Assembly (NCBI GenBank): GCA_963704655.1
Contig: OY969927.1
Span: 1,056,001 to 1,120,000 of the forward strand
Reading direction: 5' to 3'
DNA length: 64,000 bases
Origin: an uncultured Candidatus Babeliaceae bacterium
GTDB lineage: Bacteria; Babelota; Babeliae; Babelales; Babelaceae
A program made the translations under genes and the position numbers. This document shows positions 60,059-64,000 of this stretch, piece after piece. Each line of letters opens with the position of its first letter. Within the stretch, counting starts at the first letter, position 1. Below the pieces are notes generated by a model. The model worked only from the letters and a program-made list of their open reading frames with translations. It did not search any database and had not been told where the DNA came from.

Positions 60059-60919
60059 ATGAAAAATAATTTCTTTGTTTTATTGATGCTTTTGTTTGTT
60101 GCAGATGTTTTCTGTATGCAAAATGGTAAAGGCCATAAATCACTTACTCAATATTTACATGAGCGTGAGTATGGAAGTAGATTTACTCCGGATGATTGCA
60201 AAGAGACATTTGGAAAAATCCCTGAAGAAGAAAATGTTCGTATAGCTAGATTTTTTGAGACAAAATGTTCATTTGAAAAGTCGTTGAAGAATTATAATGA
60301 TAAGCGCGTTGAAGTTGATGCACACAGTTTGTTTGAGTTAAAGCGGATTTGCTGTTTTCAATTATTAGAGCATGCTAAGGCTCATTACCCTTATACTGCA
60401 AATCTAGATTATTTAACTAAGCGAGAATCGATGATACATGAGTTTTTGGATGAGCGCTGTGTAGATGATGCTGAATGGTTAAAGGTATTTGCTGTAATGT
60501 ATATTCAAACTCTTTACTATCCAGTAACAGATGTAAATGATGGAAATAGGACTTCTTTGTTTAAAGCAATTGCAATTAAGCGGAATCTAGATGTTAACTT
60601 TCTGTATTCGAAGCAGTATTTCTATCCACAATTGCGTAATGAAGAAACAACGCTCTTGCACCAGGCTGTTAAAGGTAGGGATAAATCTGTTGTTGAATTT
60701 CTTTTAAGTTTGGGAGCAAATCCAAAATTTCTTGATGGAAATTATCAATCTCCGGCTGAGATAGTTAGTGGTTATATTATGATGTTAAGTGATAAAAATC
60801 ATCACCGGACAACTTTGAAAAGCATTCTAAAATTGTTGCAAGAGGCTAAAAGAAAACAAAGTGCGGGTTTGTTTGCTGCAGGAAAAAGAAGAAAGATAGA
60901 GAATAATACAAAGTGGTAA
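60059..60919 (+). CDS. Secreted ankyrin protein, paralog 3
   Basis: TTLLHQAV..FLLSLGANP; SLTQYLHEREYGS; GKRRKIE. Confidence 0.88.
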   Translation: MKNNFFVLLMLLFVADVFCMQNGKGHKSLTQYLHEREYGSRFTPDDCKETFGKIPEEENVRIARFFETKCSFEKSLKNYNDKRVEVDAHSLFELKRICCFQLLEHAKAHYPYTANLDYLTKRESMIHEFLDERCVDDAEWLKVFAVMYIQTLYYPVTDVNDGNRTSLFKAIAIKRNLDVNFLYSKQYFYPQLRNEETTLLHQAVKGRDKSVVEFLLSLGANPKFLDGNYQSPAEIVSGYIMMLSDKNHHRTTLKSILKLLQEAKRKQSAGLFAAGKRRKIENNTKW

Positions 60920-61020
60920 AGCGCATAAATCGCATACCCAGTTTTGGCTTACTCAAAAAAATTCTTCGTGCTACATTACGTAAGTAGTGGATTAGATTAA
61001 ATAACTATAAAGGAGTAGTT

Positions 61021-61596
61021 ATGAATAAGTTTTTTAAATTAGTTGCTTTGCTGGGGGTTACACAGATTTTGAGTATGCAAGAAGGGTGGCAATTAGAAAG
61101 TCGCACCTTGCAAAAGCTTAATGAAATTTTTGAAGATCCGTGTACGCAAACCAGGTTGGAAAAGTTGTTACCTCTTATTAAGAGTAATCCAGGTTACATA
61201 GATATATTTTGGGGTGAATTAAGCAAAAGTTCAAGACGTAAAAATTTCCGAAAAACGCTTTTTGTGTCGTTAATGCTTGATTCAGCATTGCAGGGCCGGT
61301 TTGAGATTTTAGAAAAATTTACCAAGAAGGCTGGATTTAACGTGAATTTTTCATGTTTTAAGGCAGAGCAATTTAATGTGTTAACAACTCCAATTCATCT
61401 GGCAGTAGAGGAATTGGATGTTCCATTAATAGAGTTTTTACTCAAGCATAAAGCTGATATATCTAAACGTGCAGAGGGAAGCAATATAACACCATTAGAG
61501 TCATATGAGCGTTATGTTGGTTATTTAGAGCAATTGGGTCATCAGAAACCTAAAAATTATAAAGATATGATTAAACTTTTAACGCCAGGGCAATAA
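61021..61596 (+). CDS. Secreted ankyrin protein (family B)
   Basis: AGGAG SD; TPIHLAVEELD..FLLKHKAD..TPL. Confidence 0.85.
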   Translation: MNKFFKLVALLGVTQILSMQEGWQLESRTLQKLNEIFEDPCTQTRLEKLLPLIKSNPGYIDIFWGELSKSSRRKNFRKTLFVSLMLDSALQGRFEILEKFTKKAGFNVNFSCFKAEQFNVLTTPIHLAVEELDVPLIEFLLKHKADISKRAEGSNITPLESYERYVGYLEQLGHQKPKNYKDMIKLLTPGQ

Positions 61597-61631
61597 TAAC
61601 ATTTTGTATCATGATGATAGTAGGGGGATTC

Positions 61632-62147
61632 ATGAGTTATTCTTCAGTGCATCAACACAATAATTTTTGGAGCAGCGAATTAATGCGTGAAAAGTATCAC
61701 GTATTAAAAGTTTCTTACGATATTTTTATTGAAGTAGTTCAAAAAATTGATGATCTTGGGGATCAGGAAATGCCGCTATCCTTAAAACGCGAGCTTTGTA
61801 AAAAATGGGAAAACTTATATAGTTCGATAAATAATATTTTAGATTTTTATATGCAGTATAAACTGCGTAAAGGATTGTCCTGCTTTTCAAATGGAAGGTA
61901 TGTACCTCAAATATTAAAGGCGTATGAGGTTAAGATAATACGTAAAAACGATTATCGATTATTAAAATGTAGCATAGACGAATTGCACAACTCATTTTTT
62001 AGAGATACACGATATATGTTTTTTAATTACAATGAAAAATATGTAAACTATCTGTTAGAAAATAAAGGTGATCTTGCCATATTTGGCCAAAAAATGCTCA
62101 ATAAATTTAGTCAATTTAAAGAATATAGTAGGTTTAAAAATATATAA
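61632..62147 (+). CDS. Hypothetical protein, weak HEPN/HI0074-like helical pattern
   Basis: GGGGGA SD; LKRELCKKWE.., QILKAYEVKII; no catalytic R-X4-6-H. Confidence 0.4.
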   Translation: MSYSSVHQHNNFWSSELMREKYHVLKVSYDIFIEVVQKIDDLGDQEMPLSLKRELCKKWENLYSSINNILDFYMQYKLRKGLSCFSNGRYVPQILKAYEVKIIRKNDYRLLKCSIDELHNSFFRDTRYMFFNYNEKYVNYLLENKGDLAIFGQKMLNKFSQFKEYSRFKNI

Positions 62148-62749
62148 TGATTATGAAAAATAGTTACTTTATTTTACTCATGTTTTTTTTGTATACAAAA
62201 ATTTTTGGTATGCAGAGTGTCTCGAAATTAGAGCCTAGTGACGTAATTAAGCTTAATAAACGTTATAATCGAATATATAGAGACACTCATCAGCCTGAGC
62301 AGGTAAAGCTTACAAGTTTAATGACTCTTATTGAAGAATCTCCATTATACATAGATGAACTTTTGCATAAATTAAATAATGTTCAAAAACAAAAAGATCT
62401 ACAAAAAAAACTTTTTGTGATGGTAATGCTGAATACAAGGTTAACGCAACAAGACAAACTGCAAGTTTTAGAAAGATTTACCAAACAAAGAGACTTTACC
62501 GTAAATTTTTCATGCAAAAAGTCACAAAATTTTGAATTTTTAATAACACCAGTTCATCTTGCAGTGGAAGAATTAGATGGCCCATTAATAACATTTTTAC
62601 GTGATCATAATGCTGATTTAACTGTGCAAATAGACGGCAATACCCCATTAGCGGCATATGAACAATATGTTGTTTATTTAAATAGACTTGGTCATAAAAA
62701 ACCTGAAAATTATGAAGATATGATTAACCTTTTAACGCCAGGGAAATAA
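62147..62749 (+). CDS. Secreted ankyrin protein (family B), paralog of 61021-61596
   Basis: TPVHLAVEELD, GNTPL, shared tail KPENY.DMI.LLTPG. Confidence 0.85.
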   Translation: MIMKNSYFILLMFFLYTKIFGMQSVSKLEPSDVIKLNKRYNRIYRDTHQPEQVKLTSLMTLIEESPLYIDELLHKLNNVQKQKDLQKKLFVMVMLNTRLTQQDKLQVLERFTKQRDFTVNFSCKKSQNFEFLITPVHLAVEELDGPLITFLRDHNADLTVQIDGNTPLAAYEQYVVYLNRLGHKKPENYEDMINLLTPGK

Positions 62750-62855
62750 TAACATTTGGCATCATGATAGTAGCAGGGGGATTCATGTCGCATACAACGG
62801 TTACGATTATCATGGGTGGCAGAAAAGTATTTGAATAAAAACTTAGGGACAAAGC

Positions 62856-63557
62856 ATGAAAAAAAATTATTTTATTTTGTTAATATTTTTATACTTGAGC
62901 GACATTTTAGGTATGCAAAGAGAGAAAAATTTATTTAATATGTTGCGGAAATTTCAAGAGGGTGATTATTCCTATCACTCTGAAATTAAAGGTATTGGGA
63001 GAAATGCTCGGTCACTTTCAACTTTGAATTTCTGGCTTACTGAGGAAGATGAGCACGTTGAAGGCTTAACTGAAGAATATCGATGTAGACTTGATGGAAG
63101 ATGTGGTCAATTAGCTGATTCTATTGTTTCAAATCCAGCTTGTTTGGGAAGTTTTTTCAATAAATTGCATTCTTTTAAAAATGAAAAAATTATTTGGGGA
63201 ATGATATTTATAAAATTATCACAGGACTATCGTTACCAACGTAATAAAGAAATATTAGACATGATGGTTAAGAAATACCAGTTCGATGTAAATTTTATTG
63301 ATCAGTCTTGGTCTCTTGTCAATTATAGAAACACGCCTTTACATAAATCTGTATCTAATTACGATACTACTTTTACCAAAATGTTATTGGATTGGGGTGC
63401 GGATGTTACCATGGTAGATACAAAAGGCCGTACACCAAGGGAGGCTTTTATAAGCAGCTGTTCATTTAGGCGCGAGCATGCAAAAGGAGTTTTAGATCTA
63501 TTAGATATCGCTGATCAAGAAAAAATAATTGAGGATATTAGATTTGTATTACTATAA
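62856..63557 (+). CDS. Secreted ankyrin protein with H-box-like N-terminus
   Basis: NTPLHKSV..LLDWGADV..KGRTP; NLFNMLRKFQEG. Confidence 0.85.
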   Translation: MKKNYFILLIFLYLSDILGMQREKNLFNMLRKFQEGDYSYHSEIKGIGRNARSLSTLNFWLTEEDEHVEGLTEEYRCRLDGRCGQLADSIVSNPACLGSFFNKLHSFKNEKIIWGMIFIKLSQDYRYQRNKEILDMMVKKYQFDVNFIDQSWSLVNYRNTPLHKSVSNYDTTFTKMLLDWGADVTMVDTKGRTPREAFISSCSFRREHAKGVLDLLDIADQEKIIEDIRFVLL

Positions 63558-64000
63558 AATTCTTATTGCATATGACGGTTACGATTATCATGGGTGGCAG
63601 TGGCAGCCGACACAAAAGGCTGTTGCCAACAAGCTCGAGCATGCTTTTAAAAAGGCTTTTCATCAAGAAGTAATTTCTCTTGTGGGTGCTTCGCGCACAG
63701 ACACGGGTGTGCATGCGTGGGGACAAGTCGCTCGCCTTAAATCAGCTTTTTATCTTGAGCCAGATGTCCTTAAGCGTGCATGGCAGGGTACATTGCCCCA
63801 TACGATTTTATTGCGCAGTGTGCAGGAGATGCCGGGTGATTTTGATCTGCATGAAGGCGTTGAACATAAAACCTATGATTATTATATTAGCAGGGTACGC
63901 GTATTGCCATTTTTTGCACGCTATTGCATAGCATATTATGATCATTTTGATATCGATATATTACAAAAAAATTTACAGGTATTTTTAGGTACGCATGATT
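63544..64000 (+). CDS. truA: tRNA pseudouridine(38-40) synthase, partial (runs off the window; absent from the ORF track)
   Basis: GAGGA SD, TTG start; YKILIAYDGYDYHGWQWQP...GASRTDTGVHAWGQVA. Confidence 0.93.
   Translation, partial: MYYYKILIAYDGYDYHGWQWQPTQKAVANKLEHAFKKAFHQEVISLVGASRTDTGVHAWGQVARLKSAFYLEPDVLKRAWQGTLPHTILLRSVQEMPGDFDLHEGVEHKTYDYYISRVRVLPFFARYCIAYYDHFDIDILQKNLQVFLGTHD

Noticed and set aside
63680-63931. 83-aa ORF in the track
   Set aside because: Out-of-frame overlap with truA, which is the real gene

Overview
AT-rich bacterial chromosomal segment, most consistent with an amoeba/protist-infecting intracellular bacterium such as Candidatus Dependentiae/Babelota (inferred from gene content, not from a marker gene). 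Housekeeping genes (eno, secG, mlaEF, clpB, uvrC, mutL, prmC, ftsY, rnhB, rpsF, rpsR, umuDC, typA, truA) are interleaved with a partial type II secretion operon with two secretins and many signal-peptide-bearing, eukaryote-like proteins: a USP deubiquitinase, a PPP phosphatase, six WD40 proteins and six ankyrin proteins. The best candidate for a new system is a set of secreted ankyrin proteins with an N-terminal helix resembling the DDB1-binding H-box of DCAFs/HBx and a C-terminal NLS, i.e. putative bacterial CRL4 ubiquitin-ligase adaptors. NLS-tailed WD40 proteins and a protein with a SILK-RVxF-type PP1-docking tail fit the same host-targeting theme. Features missing from the ORF track include a His-rich leader peptide/attenuator upstream of a Na+/solute symporter, truA running off the right edge, nested REP-like repeats, and duplicated 5' fragments of tspO and truA next to effector genes. 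Single-base frameshifts in clpB (three), umuC and typA are probably sequencing errors. All family calls are from motif recognition by eye; no searches were run.
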